Part shown: one piece after another, positions 10,381 through 21,745 of the stretch | Position numbering within the stretch: position 1 is the first letter of the stretch | Layout: each line of letters starts with the position of its first letter | NCBI RefSeq assembly: GCF_011745625.1 | Contig: NW_027191453.1 | Coordinates: 1,240,001 to 1,304,000, forward strand | Length of the DNA: 64,000 bases | Reading direction: 5' to 3' | Source: Cladosporium halotolerans | Lineage: Eukaryota | The notes under the pieces: generated by a model | Database searches by the model: none | What the model was told of the DNA's origin: nothing | Seen by the model: only the letters and a program-made list of their open reading frames with translations | Translations under genes and position numbers: made by a program

Positions 10381-11075
10381 CTAGAAACCAGGCGGGTTCA
10401 GCCTCTGGCTCACGCGCGTCCACTTCGGCAGCTTGTGCACGCCCTTGCGGTAGCCCCGCGCCTTCTTGTCGAACAGCGTGTACTTGTCGCGCGCCAGCAT
10501 CTCCGCCTCCGTCGGCATCTCCGCCTTCCACCGCTCGATCAGCTTCGTCGTCCCCAGCGCCGCGCTCGCGTCGCCCAGCGGCACCCGCGACGGCTTCTGC
10601 AGCACGGGGCTGCCCGTCATCGACGCCGAGTAGGTCTCAGGCACCATCTCGCCTTGTCTGGGCCCGCGGCCGTGGCGCCGCGATTCTTGGTCGGAGTGCA
10701 GGGCGGCGTCGGCGAGGCGCGCGCCTTGGGCGGTTGTCGCGAGCGTGCTGGGGCTGGCTTTGCCGGAGCTGCCGGGCGGTTGGTGGGGGAGGGAGGAGTT
10801 GGGGAGCTCGGCGGGGGCGGCGTTGGGGCTTGCGGGTGAGGTGCTGGTTGCGGAGCGCTTGAGCGCGGTGTCGAGGACGGAGACGATGTTATCTACGCGG
10901 CGCATGCGGCGGCGGTGGCGGAGTTTTTGGGGAGGGGAGAGGCGCCATGGGATTTTCCTGAGGGGTGAAGGGTTAGTTTCTTGGGGTTCGTGATGGGCTT
11001 GGTAGTTTTGAGGGTTGGGGCATACCATAGCAGGCCTCCTGAGAGGGGCGCAGAGGGTTTGAAGGCGCCAAACAT
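10381..11075 (-). CDS. MRPL31: Mitochondrial large ribosomal subunit protein mL60 (MRPL31); 2 exons
   Basis: Exon 1 11075-11026 (MFGAFKPSAPLSGGLLW). Intron 11025-10958 (GTATGC...ACTAAC...CAG). Exon 2 10957-10381 (KIPWRLSPPQKLRHRRRMRRVD...RDKYTLFDKKARGYRKGVHKLPKWTRVSQRLNPPGF). Confidence 0.92.
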
Positions 11076-11305
11076 GGTTGCAGGCTGCTGTGCAATTGCT
11101 TGATGCTGGCGGGTTGGAGATATGGCGGTCCTGCTGTGAAGTCGCGACTACCGCATTGGGCGGGCTTGCACCGCGGAAGAGCCAAGGACTTCCACGTTTG
11201 TGCCTGAGGCTGCAACGTGGGACGGGACAACACCTACACCACGGCTTTGAGGCGAGATAGGCACATTTGGCCGATTGTAAACTTGCAAATCGATTTCTTG
11301 ACAAC
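11076..11305. promoter_or_regulatory. Short divergent (likely bidirectional) promoter between MRPL31 and TRS20
   Basis: 230 bp between opposed ATGs at 11075 (-) and 11306 (+). Inferred from geometry only. Confidence 0.5.
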
Positions 11306-12010
11306 ATGTCGTACTACTTCACCATCATCGGTACGAAAGACAATCCGCTCTTCGAACATGAGTTCGGTACCTCCAAACCTGGCGGAGATGGCACAGCCAA
11401 GTTCCGCGAGGAGGCAGCCCATATGAATCAATTCATCGTTCACGCTGCACTGGACATGGTTGAGGAAGTGCAGTGGGGGACGAAAGACTTGTAAGTCCGT
11501 CGACAACTATGGTCTCGCAGGGGATGAATACCTCGCCTTGTTTCGCGTGACCATCGTTGTCACGCTAAGATTGTAACCCCTTTAGATTAACACTTGCGCC
11601 AGATATCTCAAGAAAGTTGATACTTTCCAAAACAACCACATCCACACATTCATAACTGGTGGCAACGTCAAATTCATGCTCCTCATGAACCCCGACCCTT
11701 CCGCAACGCCCTACTCCAACCTCGCCTCGCCACCGCCTTCTTCGCGCTCGTCGACAGCAAGACAAAGCATGCTTCTAGCCAACAACCCGAGCTCTTCGCA
11801 AACTGAAGATGCTGTGAGGGGTTTCGTGACGGAGGTCAGCCTTGAAGATTCTCTGGCTCAAAGCTTTCTGAACGAACACTGACGCTGCCACACCAGGTCT
11901 ACGAAGCCTGGGTCAAGTGCATCATGAACCCTTTCTACGACGTCAACCAGGAAGTCACCAGCCCCATTTTCCGCGCCAGAGTCGCCGCGGCTGCGAAGAG
12001 GTTTCTCTGA
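11306..12010 (+). CDS. TRS20: TRAPP complex subunit Trs20 / sedlin; 3 exons
   Basis: Exons 11306-11490, 11603-11834 and 11897-12010, with GTAAGT..CAG and GTCAGC..CTGAC..CAG introns. Protein MSYYFTIIGTKDNPLFEHEF...NQFIVHAALDMVEEVQW...YLKKVDTF...VYEAWVKCIMNPFY...FRARVAAAAKRFL. Confidence 0.93.
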
Positions 12011-13103
12011 AGAATCCTGACGCCAATTCTTCACGCCTCGAAGCATGCATTCCCGGCGAACACCGCCCAACGCAAAGGGACACCGCTCTCGCCACGAGCC
12101 GACCTTGCTCAGGACACAGCTACTCCACGCTTTGCGGAAGAACTGCTAGCTTGGGAGGGAATCGTCGCGCCTTTGACTCACCGATCGCCTCATATTGCCC
12201 TGCCGCTACTAGTGGCGGCAATTGCAAGGCAATGCCGACACCCAGCACACGCCTGCAGGCAGACATCACGACGAGGTTTGGGCTAGTATATGACTCTACG
12301 CTAAGCTCAGTCATGGAACGATACCCGACGCCTCCAGCCATGACTCTCCCGAAATTCCCGGCCACCAAGCTTTGTGAAGTCGTACCGCCACCCTGCAGGA
12401 CTTCCCTGCGCAGCGAAGCTCCAGCCCTTCTCAGGCCGTGAGGGAAAACCCTAGGACGGTCTTGTCTTGCTAGCCTAGTGACACGACTCCGTGGCTGCCG
12501 GCGGGGAGAAGAGCGATCAATACAGAACGGCAACCAAATTGAGAGCGTCAAGCGAGCGAAAGAGCGTGTCTTCAACGAGTAGTTGGCTGCTCGGTTTTGT
12601 TTGTTTGTTTGTCTGTTCGTCTGTCTGCGGGTGGGCAGGATGGTCCCTCGAGAAGTCCGTCATCAAACAAGGCTTCCCCGATCCGGATATAAAAGCAGCG
12701 CAGACAGTCTCAATGGGAAAATTTGAGAAGTGAAAATCGAAAAAGCAAAAGCACAAAAATAAGCAAACGCGATCGAGCTGCCCGGCTTCATCGTCGTTGA
12801 TTCCAAATCTCTGATTTCCATCCCCAATTCTTGATCCATCGTGGATTCTCTTCCAAAGCAAGATGATATGATTCGACATGAAAACTCCGTCCGCAAATGC
12901 TAAAAGTCGATCCTCGCGACGTGACGGGACCGGGCGGGACCTGGTGCTGATGACTCCCATTTCCCTTGCCATTCCATTCCATTTTGCTCCAAATGCGATG
13001 CAAGCAAAGACTCCCAGATTCGTGAAATGCTCCCAGATGCTCGACTTCGAAAAATTGTCAAAAACGCCACTCCCAATGCCTATGCAAACCATATCCCACA
13101 ATC

Positions 13104-14210
13104 TCAAACAGAACCCCTCAGCTCAACCATCCCCTTCTTCCGCCTCAACCCTTCCCTGCCCCTACCCCCAGCTGCCATCTCAAGCCCTTCCTCACCCTCA
13201 CCGTCCTCCCCTTCTTCCTCAACAGACCACAACCCCCAACTCGGCCTTCGCCACACGTGCAGCTTACCCGACAGCGTGCGGCTGCCGGCGCTGAGACCTG
13301 GCCGGACAGGCGTTTGGGGCTTGAGCGTTTGCAGATTACTGCTGCTGCTGCTGCGGCGGCGCCGGTCGGACCGCTGGCTGTGCTGGTAGAGCAGGAAGGC
13401 GGGCGTGCTGGGGTCGTCGAAGAAGTCGCTTTCGGTCGAGTCGAGCGCGGAGTCCGAGGCGGAGAGCGGTTTGCTGCGGCCTGGGATGTCGATTGGCGAA
13501 GACGGGAAGGAGGTGGGGTCGTCGGGCGTGACGATTTGGGTTTGATAGGGCTGCTGCTGCTGCTGCTGCTGCGCCGCGCCGTCGTCGAAGTCCAGGTCGT
13601 CGGCGAGATGCGGCGAGGTGTCGGGCGTCAGGGCCGGTGGTGCTTGCTGCTGCTGCTGCTGCTGCGGCGGCGAGAGGCTCGACCCGGAGTAGAAGGGTGC
13701 CGTGGGACGGTCGGCGAGCTCCGCTCGCGTGCGGGCGACGGCGCGGTCGAGGCACTCGGCTTGGCTGGCGACGAAGTCGGTCCATTTGTCGGACAGCGGC
13801 TGGTTCTGCTCTTTGGCGCGGTTGTAGTCGTCGGTGAAGAGGGCGAAGTCCGTGATGCCGGCGTCCAGCTCGTACGAGGAGTCGTCGGACTCGTCGTCCG
13901 AGTCGTCCCACGACTCGTACATGTGGACTGGCGAGAGGAAGTGCGAGTGCGGGTTGTTGTCGAGGTCTTCTTCGAAGGGGCTTTGGGGATGTGTGGTGGC
14001 GAAGGGTTTGGGAGAAGGTTGATGCGTTGGCGGGTCGATGTGGGTTTCAGGTTTTGTTGGCACGCCACGTGCGACGCCGGGCTGTGCATGCTGTGCTTGT
14101 GGCATGTTGTTGGATGCTTTGTCTTTTTTGTTGCCTAGACTGGATTCCGATGTAGCCCGAGTCATGGGTGGCATGGGATTTGTCGAGTTGGGCATCGCGT
14201 GGGGTTGCAT
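13104..14210 (-). CDS. Hypothetical low-complexity protein with polyQ/polyS tracts
   Basis: Long ORF with first ATG at 14210 (MQPHAMP). Strong C-ending codon bias. Islands such as DAGITDFALF and RPGLSAGSRTLSGKLHVWRRPSWGLWSVEEE look constrained. Start codon uncertain. Confidence 0.75.
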   Translation of the reverse strand: MQPHAMPNSTNPMPPMTRATSESSLGNKKDKASNNMPQAQHAQPGVARGVPTKPETHIDPPTHQPSPKPFATTHPQSPFEEDLDNNPHSHFLSPVHMYESWDDSDDESDDSSYELDAGITDFALFTDDYNRAKEQNQPLSDKWTDFVASQAECLDRAVARTRAELADRPTAPFYSGSSLSPPQQQQQQQAPPALTPDTSPHLADDLDFDDGAAQQQQQQQPYQTQIVTPDDPTSFPSSPIDIPGRSKPLSASDSALDSTESDFFDDPSTPAFLLYQHSQRSDRRRRSSSSSNLQTLKPQTPVRPGLSAGSRTLSGKLHVWRRPSWGLWSVEEEGEDGEGEEGLEMAAGGRGREGLRRKKGMVELRGSV

Positions 14211-15216
14211 ATGCGTTGGCTTGCGGGTATGAGGCGATGGAATTGCGTCAAGCCCGGGCTGCAGGGCGAGGCGTTGATAAAGCGGCGAGAGGCGTGATGT
14301 CCTCACTCTGTCCTCACGGCGTGTCCTCACGGTGCAGTTGGCTTTGGGCGCCCGGCTCAAGGGCCGGTCAGGAGTTGGTTGAAGACGCGTGGGGGGATGT
14401 TGGAGGCTTAAAGCTGAGCGAGGGCAGGCAGCAGGGCCGGCGGAGGCGGCGACGACGACGACGATGCGGGCAGCAAGGCAGCGATCTGCAAAGACAGTGA
14501 AGGCGAGGCGGCAAAGGAGCGACGTGGAGGGATGGGATATGCGTGCGGATCTCGGGCGAGGGTGCAGTGTTATAGACCGGGCGGCAATATCGCGGGGGTC
14601 GCGCAAGGCCTGCACGCCTGCGGACACGGCGTCGTGACTGGCGGTGCGGGCGCAGGTGACGGTGACCGGGAGAGGAGCGGGCGGTCAGGTGTGGCCTGCT
14701 GAGACACGGTGACTGTGTTGACGGAGCCTGCGAGCGGGGCCTTGACGACGGCCTGAGACGCACGCGGCCGTACGCCCTTGCTGCGCGGTCGAGGGCAACA
14801 CGAGAAACTCGCGAGAGTAACAATGCTAGCTGCAGACCTTACCAGGGGCGGTACACACCTAAGGTGCTGCATCTCCTAGCTGATGGCGACATCCCGCGCG
14901 CGATAGGCGCCGCTGGGCTAGGCAGACAGGCTGGCGTGAGTAATTGCCGCCACAAACGCATGGATGGCAGAATGGCAGAATGGCAGAGGGCTCGCGGAGG
15001 GTTCACGCACAGAGGCATCAGGGCGCCAGCCGCAGACGGTCAGACCCTCGACTCACGACTACACTAGGACTGCAGCTACTGGTGAAGTGCAGCACGGCGT
15101 GGGGTGCAGCCAGCCTCGCAGCGCCTCACGACCTCGCGACGCCTGCACGTCTGCACATCCTCCCCACAGAGCCGCGTATATTTGTTACTGTATTTACGCT
15201 GCCGAGCCGACTCGCG

Positions 15217-15277
15217 TCTGTCAGCCTACGTCTGCCTGCCTACGTCTGCCTGGTGATCTGCCTACGAGTCTGCCTGG
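15217..15277 (+). repeat. Short imperfect tandem repeat (core TCTGCCT / TACGTCTGCC)
   Basis: gtctgtcagcctacgtctgcctgcctacgtctgcctggtgatctgcctacgagtctgcctgg read directly from the sequence. Confidence 0.6.
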
Positions 15278-16904
15278 CTGACGACGAGCAGTTGGGGCGG
15301 AGTGCATTCGCCGTCCCTGGACATCGGACAGGAGAGCACGGCCAAAGATGGCATGAGGACAGGCGCTCCCGCTGTCATGTGAAGACGCTAATTTCGTCGC
15401 GGCGGTGAGTACGGCTGGTTCAGGGCGTCGTGGTGTGAAGAGAGCAGGTCATGCGTGCGCGCGAGGGTGCACAAAACACGGGGTCTCGGTACGGGCCATC
15501 AGCCTCCCGCGCGATCGCCGTGTGGGGGGGGGCGCGAGATCGACTGGGCAGCTGGTGGAAATTGCGAAAGCCCATCGACGCCCACGCCCCGCGAAGTGCT
15601 GCATGTACTGGTCTGCCAATCCTGCACGCACTGGCCGGAGAAGTGCCGAATGACCCAGACATGCATGCTGCTTGACGAACAATGGGACGCCAATGCGAGA
15701 CACCGCCCATACTGACGCGCCCGGTGTGCATCCCCTTCGGCGCGGCGGGCGAGTCGTGCCTCCGACTTTGCCCATGTCCCAAACGTGATCAGCCGTTGTA
15801 TCGTGTTTGTCGTAAGCTTATTTGGAGTCAGGCGAGGGGAGTCACGTTGCCATCGGAATTGCCAACCACACACGAGACAGGAACAGGCCATGAGTCTTCT
15901 TGGCTCAATGCGCGGAGCCACTATCCACAGTACCTGCTTGTACCATTCCTTACGTTTATAGACTAGCCGTCACTAATGTTCTTCCAAGAAGAATGGCAGT
16001 CGCTCGCACCACAGACGTACGTTGACGAGACTCATTCTTCGAGCCCGAAGCCTAATGATGCCAGACAGGCGAATCCGCCAACCCTCCCGCTAGCTTCAAA
16101 CAATTGCAAGCCAACCAGAGTCCTCCAACAATCAGAGGTCATACGTAACCCCAAGGAAGGATGGTAAACCTAACCCTAGAATGTCTGGGGCCTACTGATT
16201 GCGCAGCCCAGCCATTAGGTTTGAATGATTACGGGCCACTCAGCCCTCTTCACGCCAAATGGGCCTCTCTATGGCATCCCATTCATTCTGGACGGCCAAA
16301 GGGGATGGCGGCGCCTTTGCTTTGGTCTGCGCTGAAGAAACATGCGCACTTTTCTCAAGTGGTAATCGGGCCGTCAACCCACCCAGCATGTCATCAGCCC
16401 GCGCCATGCTGCCATATTACTCCCACGTCTGCTGCTCGCCTACACACTGCCGTATGTACGGCTTCTGCACGGCGTCGGTGAAAGCGTGTACTTGGTGACC
16501 TGAGACGCGAATATGCATGCGTCGATCCTAGCACAGGTCACCGACCAATGAATCCTTGAAGATAGGTGGCACGCGTACGCAGGAGCCGAGTTGCGTATCT
16601 TTGATACTACATGACAGTATTCGAGAGATCCAGCGACCTGAGGTCTGTTGTTGCCTCAGGCTGCGAATTGCGACTTCGACGGCGGAGAATGTGCCGTTTT
16701 GTTGCAATAGATGACAGTCAGACCAGCACTGCTTCTATGTTTGGACGTGTCATTCTCTTGCTAGATCACGAAGTTTCAAAATGACCTAGTGTGCCATCTG
16801 CTGTTCCGGTGTATTCCCCGGAGCTGTCTAGGAACCTTCTCCCGAAGCGAACTCCCTTCGCCGTCCCTGAACGAATGATTCTGCGATTCATCAGATAATT
16901 CAAC

Positions 16905-18089
16905 ATGCCTCCGACGCTACGTGGAATGGCTTCAGTGCCGTTGGAGTTGACCGGCGGGACTGGACGTCGCTACCGATTCACCAAGCTCCTCCAGGAACGA
17001 CCAGAGATTGGACATGTGTGGACTGCGAAGTATGGCCTTGCGTCTACTGACTACATACTTCGAATGTCGAAACTGACGCGTGATCAGATCCGGCAATGAT
17101 CAATTCGTGCTCAAAGATGTGCCACCAAACATTCTCGCCACCTTCGATCGGCGCATCTTCCCTCTCCTGTGCGGGAGGGCGAGCCCGTTGCTTCGCCTAC
17201 CGATCGATAGGGTCCCGGACCGACACACGCTTGTCTACGACTACTTGACCGATGATCTCTTCCAGCTCGTCAGGAAAGGCCTCTCGATGCAGCACCGTCG
17301 CAAGATCCTGACCGCCTGCGCTCAAGCCATCGCGGAGCTGCATGAGCGAGACGTCGTCCACTTAGGTACGACAAGGCTCGCTCTACGCTGACTTCCCGCT
17401 GAATCCTTGCAGACATCAAGCCCGATAATATTCTGGTCGATCTTTCCGACGATGGCCAAGACACCACCATCAAGAAGGTCCAACTCACCGACCTCGAAAA
17501 CGCCGCCCACTTACCCGCAGGCAAATGCGTCAACGGCATGCTCGCCGGCAACGCCAACTGGCGCAGCCCAGAAGCGCACTTCAAAGGCGATCTCAGCAAG
17601 CCGGCTGATATATTCTCTTTCGGCCTCGTCGTAGGTGCCTCCAGAGCAGTAACATCAAGCGCGCGCATCAACTAATAGAAACCCGGTCAGTGCCTCTTCG
17701 CCATGACCGGCAAAATAGTCTGCGGCCCCGACGCCGACTTCGACAAGCATGTAGCGCGGGGAGCGCTGCCGGCTATGATCCGCTTGCAGCGGCTCGTTTC
17801 TTACTTCGGTGATCGGGAGGGTTTGGAGGGGCTTGTGAGGCATGTTGGGGACGAGGAGGTGAATTTGCAAGTGCTGGAGTTGCTTTGGGAGGATAGGGAG
17901 GCGGAGTACCATTCTTATAGGCGGTTTGAGACGTGGGAAGAGGTTAGGGATGAGGGGTTGAGGGAGGTGGTATTGGGGATGTTGAAACTGGATCCGGGGA
18001 GACGGTGGACGGCGGAGCAGGTTGTGGGACATCCTTGGTTTGGAGGCTCGATCTGTCCTCAACGGAGACAAGGCAAAGACGGGACTTGA
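16905..18089 (+). CDS. Small atypical Ser/Thr protein kinase-like protein; 4 exons
   Basis: Exons 16905-17029, 17088-17365, 17413-17630 and 17691-18089, joined by GT-AG introns. Motifs FVLK, VVHLDIKPDNILV, LTDLENA (DFG position), GNANWRSPE, DIFSFGLV, MLKLDPGRRWTAEQVVGHPWF. Confidence 0.88.
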
Positions 18090-18254
18090 TAGGACCTGGT
18101 TAACGGTTGAAAGCAGCGAGTACCAAAACCTTGAACCCACCCAAACTCCGCCGGAGGATGTTGAATCTCCGACAAGCCGCCACACACCTCAAATCCTCAC
18201 CATCCCAACCCGCACAGCACAACAACCGCCAAACCTCACACACCCACTACCCCC

Positions 18255-21200
18255 CTACCTCCAACCAGCCTCCCTCCTCCCACCCCAAACAACCATCGAA
18301 ACTGCCGCCGCCACAACCGGCCCCACACTCACAATCTCCCCCAGCCCAGCATATGCCGGCTCAATCCTGACCCTCACAAACGCCCCCGCCGCCAGCAGAA
18401 TCGCGAACACATTGTACACGCCCGCCCACGCGAAGTTGAACATGATCCTCCTCCTCGCGCGGCCCGAGACTTCGAGAAGCGTCAAGACGCCCGAGAGACC
18501 GCTCAGCAGCACGACGTCCGCCACGGACCCGGCGACGGAGGACGTGGTGCCGAGCTGGAGGCCGATGGTCGAGGCGGCGAGGGCGGGGGCGTCGTTGGTG
18601 CCGTCGCCGACGAAGAGGATTGTTCTTTTTTCCGCTTTCTTCTTGTCGTTCTCTGCGCTTGTGGATTGCAAGGCGGAGATGTAGGCTTGTTTTTGCTGCG
18701 GCGTGGCGTGCGAGAGGGTGTTGGACGGCGGGATGGAGAGCGCGGTTGCGATTTGGGAGACGGCGAGGGAGTGGTCGCCGCTGGCTATGTGGCAGGTTAT
18801 GCCGCGGGCCTGGAGGGCGGCGATCACGGAGTGGGCTTCGGGGCGGAGGGTGCTGGTTAGGCTGGTGGCGAGGATAGGGTGGTGGTTGATTGTGAGGAGA
18901 AGGGTTGTTAGGCCTTGGGAGAGGAGGGGCGTTATGGCTGGGTGGGTGGATTGATTGAGCCAATGCGGGTTTCCGGCGCAGACGGTCTGGCCGCTGTGTT
19001 TTGCTTCGATGCCGGCGCCTGGGATGGATCGTTTCTCACTGAGTTCGATATGCTGGAGAGTCTTGCCAGTCAGATGAGTGGCAACGGCGCGGGAGACAGG
19101 ATGGTTGTCGTCTTTGACGAGAGCTTGGAGGATCGCATAGGCCTCGTTGGGATCGACGCCGATGTCGAGAACCTGATCAGACACGACGGTCAGATCCCCT
19201 GTCGTCAGCGTTCCGGTCTTATCGAAGACCACATCTGTCGCCTTGCAACTCCGCTCTGTAGCTTCTGCTGACTTGATTACCACGCCCGCCCGTGCCGCAA
19301 CCCCGCCGGCAATGACCAGTACCATAGGCACAGCCAGGCCGAGAGCGCATGGACATGACACGGCAAGCACAGCGATCGCGTAAGTGACGGCAGTACCGAT
19401 CGCCCCACCTGGTGATTGACCGCGTATTCTCAACGCGACACCTATCCAGACAGCGAACACTACGCCTGCTATTGCCACGACAGCAGGCACAAACCAGGAT
19501 GCAATTTTATCTGCCAGATCTTGGATCCTAGGTTTGGCTTCGAGAGCCTGTTCGACAGATCTGGCGATGTCATTGACGCTGTTTGCACCTGGGAGTCGGT
19601 TGATGCGTGCATGTAGGACGCCTTTGCCATTGAGAGTGCCCGCGATGAGATTGTCGCCTTTCTTCTTGCCGACGGGCAGGGATTCGCCCGTCAGCATTGA
19701 TTCGTCGACGGCGCTCGTTCCGAATGTGACGGTGCCGTCTGTCACGATGCGAGAATGGGCTTTGATCACGATAATGTCGCCGAATTGGAGCAGGCGGGCG
19801 TCTATTGAGGTAGTTCCGCCGCCTTCTGTGAGCAGCAAAGTCTCTTCAGCTTGCAGAGATCTCACCGAAACTGCTCGGACAGCACGCTCGCGAGCATACG
19901 CGGCCAGAAGTCTTCCGAGAAGTACCAGCGTAATCAGAAGCGTACTCGTCTCGAAGAAAGCAAGCTGTTCGAGTTGCACGCCTGCTTCCGTCAACCCAAA
20001 GGCCACTACGGAGTAAACGTAGGCTGCGGTGATGCTGATGACGACCAGCATGTCCATTTCGATGACCTTGGAGAAGATCAGTGACTTCATCGCGCCGACG
20101 TAGAACTCGGGGACCCCGATGGCTTGCACGACTGTCGCTAAGATCAAGCTGACGATGTCGCGGGTCTGTCTAGGAACGGGATTCGGTGCCCAGTTGAGGA
20201 CGACGACGGGAATGGTGAAGGCTGCAGCTATGGCCGTATACCATGCAGTTCGAACGAGACGCCGTCTTCCTTCGAGGATGCTGGAGTCTGGAGAGGGCGG
20301 CGCAAGCCTCGCGTTCTCTGGTAGTAGATCTCTGGCGCCGATGATGTAGGGATCGTACGTAATGCGGTAGGCTTTGCCCATGCAATCAAGACTTATGAGA
20401 CCCTCCGAGCAGGTATTATCCCTTTCCATTTGCTTGGCGAGGTCCGTAGACATATGTACGTCCAGATGTTGATACCCTTCGACCACACGTGAGCACTTGA
20501 AGCCTGTCCGCTTCTCGATGAGGGGTAGCACTTGATCGACTGATGTGATGTCGCTGTTCACCTCGAACTTTGCCGTTCCAGATACGAATGTGACTTGGGG
20601 CTTGGTGACTCCTGGTATGTCGTTGAGCACGTTCGTCATCTTGGTGCTGCAGCCGGTGCATGTCATGCCTGAGATGCTGATCGTAATGTGCTCCCGAGCA
20701 GCATCTCTCTCAATGTCATCGCGACGTTGTTGAGCCTGGCTGACATTCACGAGATTGTGAAGCTTTTCAGACGTGGAATTGTCGGCATGTAGGGTTCCTG
20801 GGTTGTAGCAACAAGAAGCTGGCGCTGCTTTGCCCACATTGACTTGGCCCAATTGATCAAGCTCGCTCTCGTTGCTGGGCTTTTGTTCGCAGCATCTTTT
20901 GTTGCAAGAATTCTGCTCAACAGATGTAGTGATGATGCCCTTCTCCGGTGCCTGAGCCGTTGGGCCCGACCCCTCGCCAATAAGACGACCATCAGGAGAG
21001 AGACTGCAGCAAGAAACGCCCATCTGCCGGACCACACTGCGGCAGATACACTTGCTCTGCTTGATCAGAGCCTCGAAGCGGTCCAGCGCGACGCGGAGAT
21101 GATTGCTGCATGCAATAGAATCTCTCTGTGGGTTGGAGTCATCAACGGTCTCGCAGCATTTGTCGACACATGCTGTGGATTCGATGTCCTCAGTGGCTGT

Positions 21201-21745
21201 GATAGTTGAGCTCTTCGGTACTGAGCAAGATGTTTTAATGCTGGAGCAACCGGTATTGGTTTTATCAGCTGGATCAAGTGCCACAGAACCGGTGGTACAG
21301 CCATTTTTGTTTGCTCTGATGGCGCTTGGTCCTGCACAACAGTCTCCAGCTACCGTCGCGTAATTGCAGCTATCACGGCAGGGCACCTCCAGGTTTGCTT
21401 GCTTGCTTCCGCATTCATCGTAGCCGGCGCCTGAGGTGGATTTTTCATCACAGCATATAGATGCTTTCTTGTCGCAACATCCACCTCTGCGCTTAAGCCC
21501 TGATTTATGATTTTCGGCGGTGTCAAGTGCAGAAGCACACGCAGTGTTCGAACCGCCGTTGTCTTCGTCCAGTAGGCATAAGCGAGCGGCGATCCGACGC
21601 AGACATTCTTCTATACAACATCACCGTCAGTAAGAGATCGAGCTTTGGAGTAGTGAAGTGGGGCCCGCAAATTAGCACGTGACTTACCGTTGCACCCACG
21701 ATTGCTGGCAGAAGGCACCGGCTTTTTCCCTCGGCAACAGGACAT
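18255..21745 (-). CDS. PCA1: P1B-type heavy-metal transporting ATPase, Pca1-like (Cd/Cu); 2 exons
   Basis: Exon 1 21745-21688 (MSCCRGKK...). Intron 21687-21611 (GTAAGT...ACTGAC...TAG). Exon 2 21610-18255. HMA motif GMTCTGC, TGES, intramembrane CPC, DKTGT, HP, GDGTND, YN and GLGEIVS. Long Cys-rich N-terminus. Confidence 0.9.

Noticed and set aside
14211..14627. In-frame GTG-initiated extension of the polyQ gene, and similar non-ATG extensions given for MRPL31, SMC3, SYF2 and the 55842 gene
   Set aside because: GC-rich leaders or intron read-through. Eukaryotic ATG starts and splice models explain these genes better.
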